A stretch of 64,000 nt of DNA. It comes from Octopus vulgaris (Eukaryota). Both the position numbers and the translations under genes were made by a program. Location of the stretch: the NCBI GenBank assembly GCA_951406725.2, contig OX597830.1, positions 52,762,001-52,826,000 of the forward strand. The letters are read 5' to 3'. The notes under the pieces were generated by a model. That model had not been told where the DNA came from. It saw only the letters and a program-made list of their open reading frames with translations, and searched no databases. This document shows positions 62,909-64,000 of the stretch, piece by piece (position 1 is the first letter of the stretch; every line of letters begins with the position of its first letter).

Positions 62909-64000
62909 GTATATTTAAAAAAGTTTTTCAAGATACATTAAATACTGATAGATGTCACTGTTCTTTTTTTTTTTTTTTTAATCTTTTCTCTATTATAGGC
63001 ACAGGCATGGCTGGGTGGTTAAGAAGCTCGGTTTGCAACCACACGGTTTCAGTTTCAGTCCTACTGCACATCACCTTGGACTAGTGTCTCCTCCCATAGC
63101 CCAGGGCTGACCAATGCCTCATGAATGAATATGGTAGATGGAAATTCAAATGGAAATTGTAGTTAAGACACCCGTGCCGGTGACACATAAAAAGCACCAT
63201 CCGAACTTGGCAAATGCCAGCGCCACCTGGGTGGCGTCCGTGTCGGTGACACGTAAAAGCACCAAAGATCGTGGCCGTTTGCCAGCCTGCTCTGGCCCCT
63301 ATGCCAGTGGAACATCAAAAGCAACCACTACACTCATGGAGTGGTTGGTGTTAGGAAGGGCATCCAACTGTAGAAATACTGCCAGATCAGACTGGATCCT
63401 GGTGCAGCCTCCATGGCTTACCAGACCCCGGTCGAACTGTCCAACCCATGCTAGCATGGAAAACGGACGTTAAATGATGATGATACTACGTGGAAGCTTG
63501 TCATATATATAAACACGTGTGTCTGCATTTGTCCGTGCATTACACTGCTTAACAACAGGCGTTGGTTTGTTTATGTTCCCATAACTTAGTGGTTCAGCAA
63601 AAGAGTCTGATAGAATAAGTACCAAACTTATAAATGAATAAGTACTGGGGTTGATTTGTTTGACAAATAAAAAAAACCTTTAAGCTAGTGACCCTGGAAC
63701 TCCGTGGATTACAATGGTTCCAGTTGATCCAATCAATGGAACGGCCTGCTCATGAAATTATTGTGCAAGTGGCTGAGCACACTACAGTCACATGTACCTA
63801 TTTCTTTATTGTCCACAAGAGGCTAAACATAGAGGGGGACAAACAAGGATATACTAAGGGATTAAGTCGATTACATCGACCCCAGTGCATAACTGGTACT
63901 TAATTTATCGACCCCGAAAGGATGAAAGGCAAAGTTGACCTCGGCGGAATTTGAACTCACAATGTAACGGCAGATAAAATACCCCTAAGCATTTCACCCG

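Overview
Eukaryotic, AT-rich and repeat-dense genomic DNA. The SINE families, RTE elements with (GAT)n tails and abundant microsatellites suggest an octopus or other coleoid cephalopod; this is inferred, not database-checked. Two intron-rich genes lie head-to-head about 3.9 kb apart. On the minus strand is a complete DRG2 gene (14 coding exons, 49160->20410, 364 aa, all splice phases consistent), whose intron 8 is a U12-type minor intron. On the plus strand are the first 8 coding exons of ERI2 (DEDDh exonuclease domain, 53076->62908, continuing past the window). The remainder is microsatellites, at least four SINE families, RTE, CR1 and Penelope-like retroelement relics, mariner and DD41D transposase relics, hAT- and piggyBac-type MITEs and Helitrons. 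Almost all ORF-track entries are repeat artefacts. The main non-obvious signal is a set of short cassettes, mostly next to (TA)n/(CA)n tracts, that carry minimal type-I hammerhead ribozyme motifs with palindromic stem III. Two have intact catalytic cores (46614-46689 +, 32327-32414 -) and several are decayed; they resemble Penelope pLTRs or retrozymes. Other notable features are fold-back palindromes and templated duplications next to (TA)n tracts, an inverted duplication bracketing DRG2 exon 12, and a long-TIR element plus an E2F/CHR-like motif just upstream of ERI2.
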